Assembly: GCA_013334975.1 (NCBI GenBank)
Contig: JAAXWL010000001.1
Span: 11,921-75,920, forward strand
Length of the DNA stretch: 64,000 nucleotides
Reading direction: 5' to 3'
Source of the DNA: Chlorobiaceae bacterium
Lineage (GTDB): Bacteria > Bacteroidota > Chlorobiia > Chlorobiales > Chlorobiaceae
In this document: positions 41,661 through 50,732 of the stretch, piece by piece
Position numbering within the stretch: the first letter of the stretch is position 1
Layout: each line of letters opens with the position of its first letter
Notes under the pieces: generated by a model
The model's database searches: none
What the model saw: only the letters and a program-made list of their open reading frames with translations
Told to the model about the DNA's origin: nothing
Program-made: the position numbers and the translations under genes

Positions 41661-42593
41661 TCACAGGCGAATGGAGACGCAGGGCGGTGCAATGATCGAG
41701 TTCAGGATGAGGTCATCCTTGCCGACGATGGCGCCGGGCAGGAGTACCGAATGTTCCACGATGCTGCCTGGGCCTATCGAACATCCTGCGCCGATTACCG
41801 AATCGACGATACGCGCCTCCGGGGCGATCGATGCCTGCGCAGAGACCTCGTGCGGAAAGAGACCGATCTGGCGTTTCATTCTCGCTTCAAGCTGAAGAAT
41901 ACGCAAATTATCATCAAGGTTGGTCTGGTAATAATTCAGGAGGGTGCCGATGTCCTGCCACAGACCAGTGTGTTCGAAACCAGCAAGCCCCTCGTTGTCC
42001 ACAAGGCCGCTGAATCCGGTTTCGACGATGCCGGAATAGTGATTGCCGAGATGCCTGAAAATCAGGGGACTCAGTACCGCCGTACCAGTGTAGATGAAGG
42101 GAGATTCCAGGCCCGTGCCCCGCTGGTTCCGGAAGTCGAGCACCCGCCCGTCACGGAGTCCTATAGAGCCGATCTCTTTTGCTCGGGGCGTTGCATAAAG
42201 GGCAAGGGTTCCGCCGCAACCGGAACGTCGATGTGCTTCGATCAGGGCGGTCAGGTTCATGTCGCTGATAATGTCGCTGTTGATGAGCAGGAAATCATCG
42301 TCGTCAAGCAAGTGTTCACATTTTTTCAGGCCGCCTCCGGTGCCCAGAATCGTGCGCTCTTCGGATATGACGATATCGAGAGCACCGAAATCGTGCTGTT
42401 CGAAAAAATCCAGAAGTCTCTCCGGATGGTGGTGGATGTTGATGATGGCTTTGCGGATTCCTGCCTCCTTGAGCAGAAAAAGGGAGTAGCAGAGGCTCGG
42501 TACGTTCAGCACCGGTACCAGCGGTTTGGGGAGGGTATCGGTCAGGGGTTGCAGGCGAGTGCCGAAACCTGCGGCAAGGACAAAGGCATTCAT
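41661..42593 (-). CDS. murU: MurU-like sugar-1-phosphate nucleotidyltransferase
   Basis: LAAGFGTRLQPLT...PKPL, LGTGGG, INSDI, WQDIGT; coupled to amgK-like gene. Confidence 0.72.
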   Translation of the reverse strand: MNAFVLAAGFGTRLQPLTDTLPKPLVPVLNVPSLCYSLFLLKEAGIRKAIINIHHHPERLLDFFEQHDFGALDIVISEERTILGTGGGLKKCEHLLDDDDFLLINSDIISDMNLTALIEAHRRSGCGGTLALYATPRAKEIGSIGLRDGRVLDFRNQRGTGLESPFIYTGTAVLSPLIFRHLGNHYSGIVETGFSGLVDNEGLAGFEHTGLWQDIGTLLNYYQTNLDDNLRILQLEARMKRQIGLFPHEVSAQASIAPEARIVDSVIGAGCSIGPGSIVEHSVLLPGAIVGKDDLILNSIIAPPCVSIRL

Positions 42594-43606
42594 CGGGATT
42601 TCCGGAACAGGAGTGGTTCAAGCAGGCGTCCGGCTTTAGTCAGTTCAGGCCTGGCTTCGATGTAAGGCGTGAGGTAGGCCAGGGTTGGAGCGATGCAGGG
42701 CTCAAACGAATGGTTGCCGATGACGGTGGTCTGGTAACAGAAGGTACCGACCGCTTTGATGTTGCGCTGGAAGGCCATAAGATCGAAAAAACGAAGGTAC
42801 TCCTCTTCGGTCATCGAGGTCAGTTCCTCATTTCGCAGCAGTTCGAAATGGTAGCGTTTCAGCTCCTCGACCAGAAGGGGGTCGAGACGGACATAGGAGT
42901 CCCTGAGGAGCGATACGGCATCGTATTGCGGCAGACCGAGCCTGGCATCCTGAAAGTCGATGATCACCGGTTCATTCCTGAAGAGCATGATGTTCCTGCT
43001 GTGGAAATCCCTGTGGTTCAGGACGAAATGTTCAGGACGAACCAGCAGGTCGGCTATGTCGCTGAACTCATGCTGCAGCCGGAGTATCTGGCGATCATCG
43101 AACAGTCCTCCAAAAAAGCCTTTCAGGGCATGTTCGATGAAAAAGTCGAACTCGAACATGAGTTTGTCATGGTCGAAACCCAGCGAAAACGGGGGTTGAG
43201 TGTTCGACGTTTTTCCGTTGGGTCTTATGGACTGAATCCTGATGAGAATGTCGATAATCTGCCGGTAGCGCAGGGTAATGCCGGCGGCATCGAGCGAGGT
43301 TGCCTCATTCTGGAGCATGAGGTCTCCGCAATCCTCTATGAGCAGCAAGCCGGAGTGATGATCCTCTCCGAGAAGGTCAGGAACTCGGACACCATTCTCT
43401 GCCAGCAGGTTACGGATAGTGATGAAGGGGTATCGCTGTGGATCAGCAGCACGGAACAGGGGGTCGATGCATGCAATGGTCGTGCCAGAGGGTTCCGTTA
43501 CCCTGAAATACTGACGGTTCGAGGCATCTCCCTGGATTCGGTCGATGCCGATGCATGAGCGTTCACTGAACAGGTAAAACTGGCGGATTGATTCCAAGGC
43601 GTTCAT
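42590..43606 (-). CDS. amgK: AmgK-like anomeric MurNAc/GlcNAc kinase (APH fold)
   Basis: GDASNRQYFR, LIEDCGD, HRDFHSRNIM, IDFQDA..G..QYDAVSLLRD; stop overlaps murU start. Confidence 0.8.
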   Translation of the reverse strand: MNALESIRQFYLFSERSCIGIDRIQGDASNRQYFRVTEPSGTTIACIDPLFRAADPQRYPFITIRNLLAENGVRVPDLLGEDHHSGLLLIEDCGDLMLQNEATSLDAAGITLRYRQIIDILIRIQSIRPNGKTSNTQPPFSLGFDHDKLMFEFDFFIEHALKGFFGGLFDDRQILRLQHEFSDIADLLVRPEHFVLNHRDFHSRNIMLFRNEPVIIDFQDARLGLPQYDAVSLLRDSYVRLDPLLVEELKRYHFELLRNEELTSMTEEEYLRFFDLMAFQRNIKAVGTFCYQTTVIGNHSFEPCIAPTLAYLTPYIEARPELTKAGRLLEPLLFRKSR

Positions 43607-43665
43607 GTGACGGACTGAGTGGGTGCAAAGCCAATGATGGCAAAGTTCCTTGCAGTTTCCAAAAC

Positions 43666-43707
43666 AAAAAAGCACCTTGTGCGGTCATGCACAAGGTGCT
43701 TTTTTTC
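43666..43707 (-). terminator. Intrinsic terminator after csmB
   Basis: 17-bp perfect inverted repeat AAAAAAGCACCTTGTGC/GCACAAGGTGCTTTTTT. Confidence 0.85.
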
Positions 43708-43723
43708 AATCAGGTGAAACCTC

Positions 43724-43951
43724 TTACTTTTTCGGTGCGATTGCAGCCGATACGCTCTGGAGAACCTGGGTTGCTGCGCTGGCCAGGTTGCCGATAAGAT
43801 CCGTAGCGGTCTTTGCAAGCGGCTCGGCGACATTGGACAAAGCTTTCAGGCTGTTGTTTGCGAGGTCAACCTGAAGTTGGAACAGCTTACCCAAAGTTTC
43901 GGTAAGGGTGTTGATGGCACCGTTCAAATCGATGTTGGATCCGTTTGACAT
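43724..43951 (-). CDS. csmB: Chlorosome envelope protein B
   Basis: MSNGSNIDLNGAINTLTETLGKLFQLQ...VAEPLAKTATDLIG...AIAPKK, 75 aa, matches CsmB as recalled. Confidence 0.9.
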   Translation of the reverse strand: MSNGSNIDLNGAINTLTETLGKLFQLQVDLANNSLKALSNVAEPLAKTATDLIGNLASAATQVLQSVSAAIAPKK

Positions 43952-44278
43952 GATGTATTTATATTTAGAGTTGTTAGAAAGCACATAAGTGAAATTATTC
44001 GCGTGATCGCAGGCTTTCGTGAAATATAAATAAAGCTAATATATTTCGGACAGTTACGCAAGTGCAGGACAGCAAAAAAGGTGTTCACGTTCACGATGGG
44101 TTCCCTCTATCGCAAATGATGAGTCTCTCTTCTCCGGAATCTTGTGCCGTTTATTGACTTTTGGAGGCTTGAATTTGCCACCGGTCTGACCAGACGGAGC
44201 GACAAATGGCGCGTCGTTTCTGTATGCTCTCTTCTGCTGTCGCCGGAAAGGGTTTCAGTCAACGGAGAAGGGCACGCC

Positions 44279-44401
44279 TCATCCTGCTTTTTTATTCTGC
44301 GATTTTCCAATGAACCGGTTGAGCAGAAGCACCAGAACGATTCCACCGATAAAGAACCCGAGAGGCGCGAAAATGGTTGTATAATTGAAAGAATCGGTCA
44401 T
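44279..44401 (-). CDS. Putative 40-aa single-pass membrane protein (not in ORF track)
   Basis: Hand translation MTDSFNYTTIFAPLGFFIGGIVLVLLLNRFIGKSQNKKAG; one TM and basic tail. Confidence 0.55.
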   Translation of the reverse strand: MTDSFNYTTIFAPLGFFIGGIVLVLLLNRFIGKSQNKKAG

Positions 44402-44639
44402 GGGTGATGATTTCGATGATGGTCATTAAATGAGGATGCCGGCATCAGTCGGAGTGTCGGTTTTTTTCCTTTCGGTCAAAAATAAGAAAAAACCTTTATT
44501 ACAACAGGATTTTGCGGGTGAAGTCCTGCAGGGCAGCCAATCCGCCAGGCTTCATCGGAGAGAAAAAAGGGGGAACTCTTGGATTTTGGCTGTTGTTCAT
44601 TGAAGAAATTTTAGTTCAAGATTAAGCATTGTAGTTGTC

Positions 44640-45263
44640 ATGGAGGTTATAGGAAGAAGCAGGGCCAAGGCGGTCATCGAATCGCATCTGAATGAATCGG
44701 TGATCTATTTTTCGGATCATGTCAGGATACTCAAATGCAATCCTTACTGTACCGGAGTATCCTATCTCAAGGAACACGGGGTTTATCAGTGGATTTTCCA
44801 GGTCAACGATCCGAGAGACAACCCCATAACAGCGGTTTTTTTCGTGATGCAGGACGAAGAGCATCTCGATAGCTCAGGCATGGTGCCCGCCGGGCCGACT
44901 GCCCCTGTTGAGCCTTTGCCCGAGGGGGCGCTTTCGGGCCGCTGCATAAGATGGGTCAATGCACCGGTGGCGCCCGATGTGCCACTGAACGACAAGAATA
45001 CATTCGTGGGAAGGGCCAATACGAGGATATGCCTGTACCATCTCGACAATCAGCGCACCGAAGTGCATTTCGAAACGGACATTACGCTTGATTTTGAGCT
45101 TTCGTTTCCCCTCAATCTCATGCCGGAAAGCATTCTGAAGTTCATGACTGAAGCGATCATGTCGAAAATCATGCAGCAGGCTACCGAGAGCATGCTCTGC
45201 CAGGTTCAGTCAGACCTGTGCTGCAGCGGAGCAGAACTGAGTGTCACGGGCGAAAAGCACTGA
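44640..45263 (+). CDS. DUF1997/START(SRPBCC)-like protein
   Basis: 207 aa; C-terminal strand-helix pattern TEVHFETDITLDFELSFPLNLMPESILK. Confidence 0.6.
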   Translation: MEVIGRSRAKAVIESHLNESVIYFSDHVRILKCNPYCTGVSYLKEHGVYQWIFQVNDPRDNPITAVFFVMQDEEHLDSSGMVPAGPTAPVEPLPEGALSGRCIRWVNAPVAPDVPLNDKNTFVGRANTRICLYHLDNQRTEVHFETDITLDFELSFPLNLMPESILKFMTEAIMSKIMQQATESMLCQVQSDLCCSGAELSVTGEKH

Positions 45264-45320
45264 CCATTCCGGTCATTAGGGCAGTTTTTTGGCGCTTTCG
45301 CTCTCTCTCACTCTTTTTTA

Positions 45321-45349
45321 TTGCACCGTGTGCTCTTTTTTTGTATTCT
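45321..45349 (+). promoter_or_regulatory. Sigma70-type promoter for the CsoR-family operon
   Basis: TTGCAC (45321-26), 17-bp spacer, TATTCT (45344-49). Confidence 0.6.
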
Positions 45350-45351
45350 TA

Positions 45352-45368
45352 ATACCCCAACGGGGTAT
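45352..45368. promoter_or_regulatory. CsoR/RcnR/CstR-family operator
   Basis: Perfect palindrome ATACCCC-AAC-GGGGTAT just after the -10 and upstream of a CsoR-family gene. Confidence 0.8.
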
Positions 45369-45412
45369 AGGTATTTTTTGGTGTTTTCCGGAGTGGTTAA
45401 CCAAATGACAAG

Positions 45413-45667
45413 ATGAGAGAGACAGAAGAGTATCAGATGGATGATGTGATCGTCCGGCTTAAAAAGGTGGCCGGGCAGGTTCAGGCATTGATGAGAATGA
45501 TCGAGGCTGGGGAGGAGTGTGACAAGGTGGTGACCCAGTTCCAGGCGGCCAAAGCGGCGCTTGACAACACCTTTTCCCTTGTCCTGAACAGGAACCTTAA
45601 AAACTGCCTGAACAGGAACGATTCGGGAAACGTTGAAAAGATTCTCAAACTCATATCAAAAAAATAG
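45413..45667 (+). CDS. CsoR/RcnR-family repressor, CstR-like Cys-x-Asn-Cys fingerprint
   Basis: RLKKVAGQV, EECDKVVTQFQAAKAAL, NRNLKNC; start may be ATG 45437. Confidence 0.88.
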   Translation: MRETEEYQMDDVIVRLKKVAGQVQALMRMIEAGEECDKVVTQFQAAKAALDNTFSLVLNRNLKNCLNRNDSGNVEKILKLISKK

Positions 45668-47014
45668 ATGATCAAGTTGGCAACAAGAAGGTTCATCGCC
45701 TTGCTCGTGGCAGGTATGGTTACCTGCTCGCAGGCCGATGCGGCCACCATAAAACTCTCGATCGACAATGCCCTGAAGATGGCACATGAGCGTAATACCC
45801 CGCTTAAGGCGGCACGTGCCCGGATCGAACAGGCCGACGCTCGTATTGAACAGAGCAGACAGGCCTGGTTGCCGAAAGTGTCGCTCTCTGAAACCATCGT
45901 TCACTCAAACGACCCTGGGGCTTCGCTGGTCTACAAGCTCCAGCAGGAGACCGCCAGATACGATCTGAGTACGATGGATATGGGCGATTTTGCGGTCGAT
46001 AAGCTGAATCATCCATCGGCCATTACCGATTTTCAGACCACCATCCAGGTGCAGCAGCCGATCTGGAACAAGGATGCCCGGATTGGTCGTTCTTTGGCCA
46101 CCAGTGCCAGAAAAGCGCAGGGTTTCATGGTTGATCGTGCTGTGGAGAGCATCGACCTGAATGTCCGGAAGGCATTTTATGGTCTTCTTCTTGCAAAAAA
46201 GAACCTGCTTGATCTGGAACAGTCGATTCGTCTTATGCAGGGCTATAGTGCTGAAGCGTCCAGAGGTTATGCCGCTGGCATTATGACCAGATCCGACAAA
46301 CTCTCCACCGAAGTGAGGCTGGCCGAAATGCGCGATCAGAAACTCCAGATTCAGGATGGTATCAGTAATGCTGAGGATGCTCTTCGCATGATGCTTGCGT
46401 TGTCGGATGACGATGTCATCGAGCCTGTGGGCGATCTTGTCATAGAGTCAAAGGGTCCGGCTCCGGCGATCGGCAGTGGTACGAAGGAGCGGAGTGACCT
46501 CAAGGCGCTCAGGGCGGTCGAGGAGGTGACCGGGCTTCAGCATGATATGGCCAGCGCTCAATATCTGCCGAGGGTGAACGGTTTTGCCCAGCAGAACTGG
46601 CATGACAACAGTTTTCTGGGTACCGAAGGATCAAGCTGGACGATCGGCCTGAATGTGCAGTGGAACATTTTCGACGGCATGGCGACCAAAGGAAAGGTGC
46701 AGGAGGCAAAAGCCCAGGTGCTTGAGGCTCGTTACAACTATCAGGCGGCCAGAGAGCAGGGTGAACTGGAGTTCGACATGTCTCGCAGGGCGTTGCTGAC
46801 CTCACGTGAACGTATTGCGGTGGCAGGCAAATCGCTCGATGCTGCCAAAGTGAGCCTTGATTTCATCGGTGAGCAGTTCCGCACCGGCATGGCCATGACA
46901 TTTGAGCTTCTGATGCGTGAGGGGGCCTGGACCTGGGCCAAGATGCGCCTTAATCAGGCCAGGTACGATTACTGTATTGCCAGAAGCGAGATGGAATATT
47001 ACACCGGACACTGA
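45668..47014 (+). CDS. TolC-family outer membrane factor
   Basis: Signal peptide; duplicated OEP repeats (AWLPKVS, YLPRVN), coiled-coil composition; abuts repressor stop. Confidence 0.9.
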   Translation: MIKLATRRFIALLVAGMVTCSQADAATIKLSIDNALKMAHERNTPLKAARARIEQADARIEQSRQAWLPKVSLSETIVHSNDPGASLVYKLQQETARYDLSTMDMGDFAVDKLNHPSAITDFQTTIQVQQPIWNKDARIGRSLATSARKAQGFMVDRAVESIDLNVRKAFYGLLLAKKNLLDLEQSIRLMQGYSAEASRGYAAGIMTRSDKLSTEVRLAEMRDQKLQIQDGISNAEDALRMMLALSDDDVIEPVGDLVIESKGPAPAIGSGTKERSDLKALRAVEEVTGLQHDMASAQYLPRVNGFAQQNWHDNSFLGTEGSSWTIGLNVQWNIFDGMATKGKVQEAKAQVLEARYNYQAAREQGELEFDMSRRALLTSRERIAVAGKSLDAAKVSLDFIGEQFRTGMAMTFELLMREGAWTWAKMRLNQARYDYCIARSEMEYYTGH

Positions 47015-47160
47015 TATAAATAAAATGAAGAAGCGAGAAACGAAGAGTCGTCGATGGACGCAACCGGGTCGTTTTCTCCGTTGGGCAAGTCCCTGCCTGA
47101 TGGGATAAGGATTTCTGAAGTCAAGTACATGCAAGAGAGAGCGAAGGAGGCTCAAAACCA

Positions 47161-50100
47161 ATGAATGAAGGTATAGCCGGCAGGCTTGCAAAGCAGTTTA
47201 TCAACTCGAAGATAACGCCACTCATCATGCTGGCCGCTCTTCTGGTCGGTATCATGGCGACGTTCATGACGCCGAGGGAGGAGGAGCCCCAGATTATCGT
47301 GCCGATGGTCGATATCTACATCCCGTATCCGGGGGCTACAGCCGCTGAGGTGCAGGAGCGCGTGGCCAAACCGGTCGAGAAGGCGCTGACCGAAATCAAG
47401 GGGGTCGATTATGTCTATTCGACCTCGATGCCCGATTTCGCTTTGGTTACCGTACGTTACAATGTTGGCGAAAGCGCTGAGGAGAGCATGGTCAAGCTTT
47501 GGGCCACCTTGCTGAAAAATATGGACAAGATGCCGCCAGGCGCCCAGATGCCACTCATGAAGAAGGTCTCTATTGACGATGTTCCGGTGCTCAACCTGAC
47601 CTTCTGGAGCAAGAGCAAGGATCCTTACGAGCTTCGCCGGGTTGCCATGAGCGTGGCTGACCAGGTCAAGCAGACCGCAAACATAGGAGATGTCGAAATC
47701 AAGGGGGGACTGAAACGGCAGATCAGGGTGATGCTCGACAAGGGCAAGCTCCTGCGATTCAATATCACCCCGCTGCAGATCGCCCGTCAGATTCAGAGCA
47801 CTAACAGCCAGATGACCTCTGGTGATTTCAATCAGCCCAACGAGAACATCATCGTCAAGTCGGGCAGGTTCCTCGAAAACAGTGAGGATGTCGGCAACAT
47901 CGTGGTTGGTATTTATGGCGCAGCACCCGTGATGCTGAAGGATGTGGCCACGATTACCGACGGGCCTGAAGAGGTCAATAACTATACCGGATTCGGCTGG
48001 GGAGTTGCCTCGGGTAACCGGGACGCTGCTGACTATCCGGCGGTGACCCTGACGGTTGCCAAGAGACAGAGCACCGATGCGACGGCTCTTGCCAGCAAAG
48101 TCATGGAGAAGGTCGAGGGGATGAAAGGCTCGCTCATTCCTGCTGATGTGACCGTGACCGAGACGAGGAACTATGGTGAGACAGCTTCCGAAAAGGTGTT
48201 CACGCTTCTGGAGCACCTGATCATGGCGGTTGTCGCCGTGACGATCGTGGTCGGTTTCTTTCTTGGATGGAGAGGGGCGCTGGTGGTCTTCATGTCGGTG
48301 CCGATCACCTTTGCGCTTACCCTGCTTGTCTATTTCCTTCTGGATTACACGCTGAACCGGGTGACGCTTTTTGCGCTCATTTTTGTGACTGGTATCGTCG
48401 TTGACGATTCAATCATCATTGCAGAAAACATTCACCGCCACTTCGCCATGAAGCGCCAGCCGCGACTGCTGGCGGCCATTTCGGCGATCAGTGAGGTTGG
48501 TAACCCGACGATTCTGGCCACCTTTACGGTCATTGCCGCCGTGCTGCCGATGGTGTTTGTTTCCGGCCTCATGGGCCCTTACATGAGCCCTATGCCGATC
48601 GGCGCATCGTTGGCGATGATCTTTTCCCTGCTGGTCGCCCTTATCGTTACCCCCTGGCTCTCCTATCGTTTACTGAAATCGGAAGAGGGGCACCATGAGG
48701 AGTATGATATCAGGAAGACCGGTTATTACCGTTTGTTCGACAAAATGCTTACACCGTTCATCGAGAGCACCTTCAAAACCTGGCTTGCTTTCGGATTGGT
48801 TGCCCTGATGCTGTTTGGCGCCATTGCCATGGTGCCGCTCAAGATGGTGCAGATGAAAATGCTGCCGTTCGACAACAAGAATGAGTTCCAGGTCATAATC
48901 GATATGCCTGAAGGCACCTCTCTTGAAAGGACTGCCCTGGTGACCAGGGAGATTTCGAACTACCTGAAGACGGTGCCTGAAGTTGCGAGCAGCCAGTACT
49001 ATGTTGGCATTAACGCCCCGATCAATTTCAATGGTCTGGTGCGTCACTACTATCTCCGGCGCGCCGACAACATGGCCGATATCCAGGTGAACCTGATTCA
49101 CAAGGGTGAACGCAAGGCGCAGAGTCACGACATCGCCGAGCGCGTTCGACCATCTCTTCAGAAGATCGCCGTTCAATACGGCGCCAACGCCAAGATCGTG
49201 GAGATACCTCCTGGCCCTCCAGTGCTTTCTACCATTGTTGCCGAGATTTACGGTCCTGACGAGGCATCGCGAGTTGCTCTGGCCAAAGAGGTAAAAAAAG
49301 TATTTGCCTCCACCCCTGGCGTGGTTGATGTGGACTGGATGGTTGAGGATGACCAGAAGGTCTATGACCTGATCGTTGACAAGGAGAAGGCTGCGTTTCG
49401 CGGGGTGACTCCCGAGCAGATCGCCCAGACGCTTCGTATCGCACTCAGCGGTGTCGATGTTGGTATTGTCCACATGCCGGAGGAGCGTGAACCGGTGACG
49501 ATACAGCTCAGGCTGCCGAAAGCTGACCGAAGCTCATTGCAGGATCTCTCCCACGTTTTCGTCCAGTCACAGGGTATGGGTACGCTGACCACGAGGCTTC
49601 GTGCCGGTCAGCGCATTCCGCTGACCGATCTGGTCACCGTGAAGGAAAAGGTTCAGGACAAGAGTCTGTTCCGCAAGAATCTCAAGGACGTGGTCTATGT
49701 GACGGCCGATGTCGCCGTTCAGACCGAGAGCCCGGTCTATGCGATGCTCGATCTGGACAAGAAGATCGGGATGATCCAGGTGCCCGGTGGCTACAAGATC
49801 AGCCCGCTCTGGACGGCGCTTCCGAAGAATGACAGGAAGCTTGCCATGAAGTGGGATGGCGAGTGGCAGATAACCTTCGAAGTGTTCAGGGACCTGGGTA
49901 CGGCATTCGCGGTTGTGCTGGTCATAATCTATATGCTCATCATCGGCTGGTTCCAGTCGTTCAAGACACCGCTGATCATGATGATTTCGATTCCGCTGAG
50001 TCTGGTTGGTATCATTCCCGGCCACTTTATTCATCATGCGTTCTTTACGGCGACCAGCATGATTGGTATGATCGCCCTTGCCGGCATCATGGTCAGGAAT

Positions 50101-50394
50101 GCCGTGCTGCTGATCGACTTTATCCAGATTCGCCGTGACGAGGGGATCGAGCTGAAACAGGCGGTGATCGAGTCGGCTGCGGTTCGTACCAGACCGATCA
50201 TTCTGACCTCGGGTGCGGTCGTTATCGGTTCGGTTGTGATGCTTTTTGATCCTATCTTTCAGGGGCTTGCCATTTCGCTGATCTGGGGTGGCGTGCTCTC
50301 GACGATACTGACCCTGGTCGTCGTTCCTCTGGTGTATTACCTGAGCGAGAGAAAGAGTGAGAACAAGGTGCTTGCCCAGAAGAAGTCGGTATAA
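47161..50394 (+). CDS. RND-family efflux permease (AcrB-like)
   Basis: 1077 aa, 12-TM RND layout; GIVVDDSIIIAENI, GIMVRNAVLLIDF, RTRPIILTS; RBS AAGGAGG. Confidence 0.95.
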   Translation: MNEGIAGRLAKQFINSKITPLIMLAALLVGIMATFMTPREEEPQIIVPMVDIYIPYPGATAAEVQERVAKPVEKALTEIKGVDYVYSTSMPDFALVTVRYNVGESAEESMVKLWATLLKNMDKMPPGAQMPLMKKVSIDDVPVLNLTFWSKSKDPYELRRVAMSVADQVKQTANIGDVEIKGGLKRQIRVMLDKGKLLRFNITPLQIARQIQSTNSQMTSGDFNQPNENIIVKSGRFLENSEDVGNIVVGIYGAAPVMLKDVATITDGPEEVNNYTGFGWGVASGNRDAADYPAVTLTVAKRQSTDATALASKVMEKVEGMKGSLIPADVTVTETRNYGETASEKVFTLLEHLIMAVVAVTIVVGFFLGWRGALVVFMSVPITFALTLLVYFLLDYTLNRVTLFALIFVTGIVVDDSIIIAENIHRHFAMKRQPRLLAAISAISEVGNPTILATFTVIAAVLPMVFVSGLMGPYMSPMPIGASLAMIFSLLVALIVTPWLSYRLLKSEEGHHEEYDIRKTGYYRLFDKMLTPFIESTFKTWLAFGLVALMLFGAIAMVPLKMVQMKMLPFDNKNEFQVIIDMPEGTSLERTALVTREISNYLKTVPEVASSQYYVGINAPINFNGLVRHYYLRRADNMADIQVNLIHKGERKAQSHDIAERVRPSLQKIAVQYGANAKIVEIPPGPPVLSTIVAEIYGPDEASRVALAKEVKKVFASTPGVVDVDWMVEDDQKVYDLIVDKEKAAFRGVTPEQIAQTLRIALSGVDVGIVHMPEEREPVTIQLRLPKADRSSLQDLSHVFVQSQGMGTLTTRLRAGQRIPLTDLVTVKEKVQDKSLFRKNLKDVVYVTADVAVQTESPVYAMLDLDKKIGMIQVPGGYKISPLWTALPKNDRKLAMKWDGEWQITFEVFRDLGTAFAVVLVIIYMLIIGWFQSFKTPLIMMISIPLSLVGIIPGHFIHHAFFTATSMIGMIALAGIMVRNAVLLIDFIQIRRDEGIELKQAVIESAAVRTRPIILTSGAVVIGSVVMLFDPIFQGLAISLIWGGVLSTILTLVVVPLVYYLSERKSENKVLAQKKSV

Positions 50395-50412
50395 ACCATA
50401 AGAACACACGTG

Positions 50413-50721
50413 ATGAAACTGATCGCCATCATCGGAGACGAACAGACCCGTCCGCAGATACGAAAGATCTTTACTGCGCACCAGGTCAGCCTGTTCAGCA
50501 GCATAGCCATACGAGGCTGCTCATGTGAAACGGGAAGTGAACCGCGTGCCTGGTGGCCCGCCGGAAAGGATATTCCCACCACCTATTCATCGCTCTGTTT
50601 TGCCATTCTCGAAGACGCCAAGGCCGAAAAGATCATGAGGGATATCGAGACCAATCCCGTAGCAGCCGATCCGGCTTTTCCGGCCAAGGTGTTTCTTATG
50701 AATGTCGAAAAAATGATCTGA
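50413..50721 (+). CDS. Small PII/GlnB-like protein
   Basis: About 102 aa with PII-like order MKLIAII..helix..strand-G-loop..AILED..AEKIM..KVFLMNVEK; tight operon spacing. Confidence 0.55.
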   Translation: MKLIAIIGDEQTRPQIRKIFTAHQVSLFSSIAIRGCSCETGSEPRAWWPAGKDIPTTYSSLCFAILEDAKAEKIMRDIETNPVAADPAFPAKVFLMNVEKMI

Positions 50722-50732
50722 GGAGTCTGGTT

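Noticed and set aside
50553-50732. Upstream extension of the MBL-fold ORF
   Set aside because: Overlaps the PII-like gene; an RBS supports a start at 50733.
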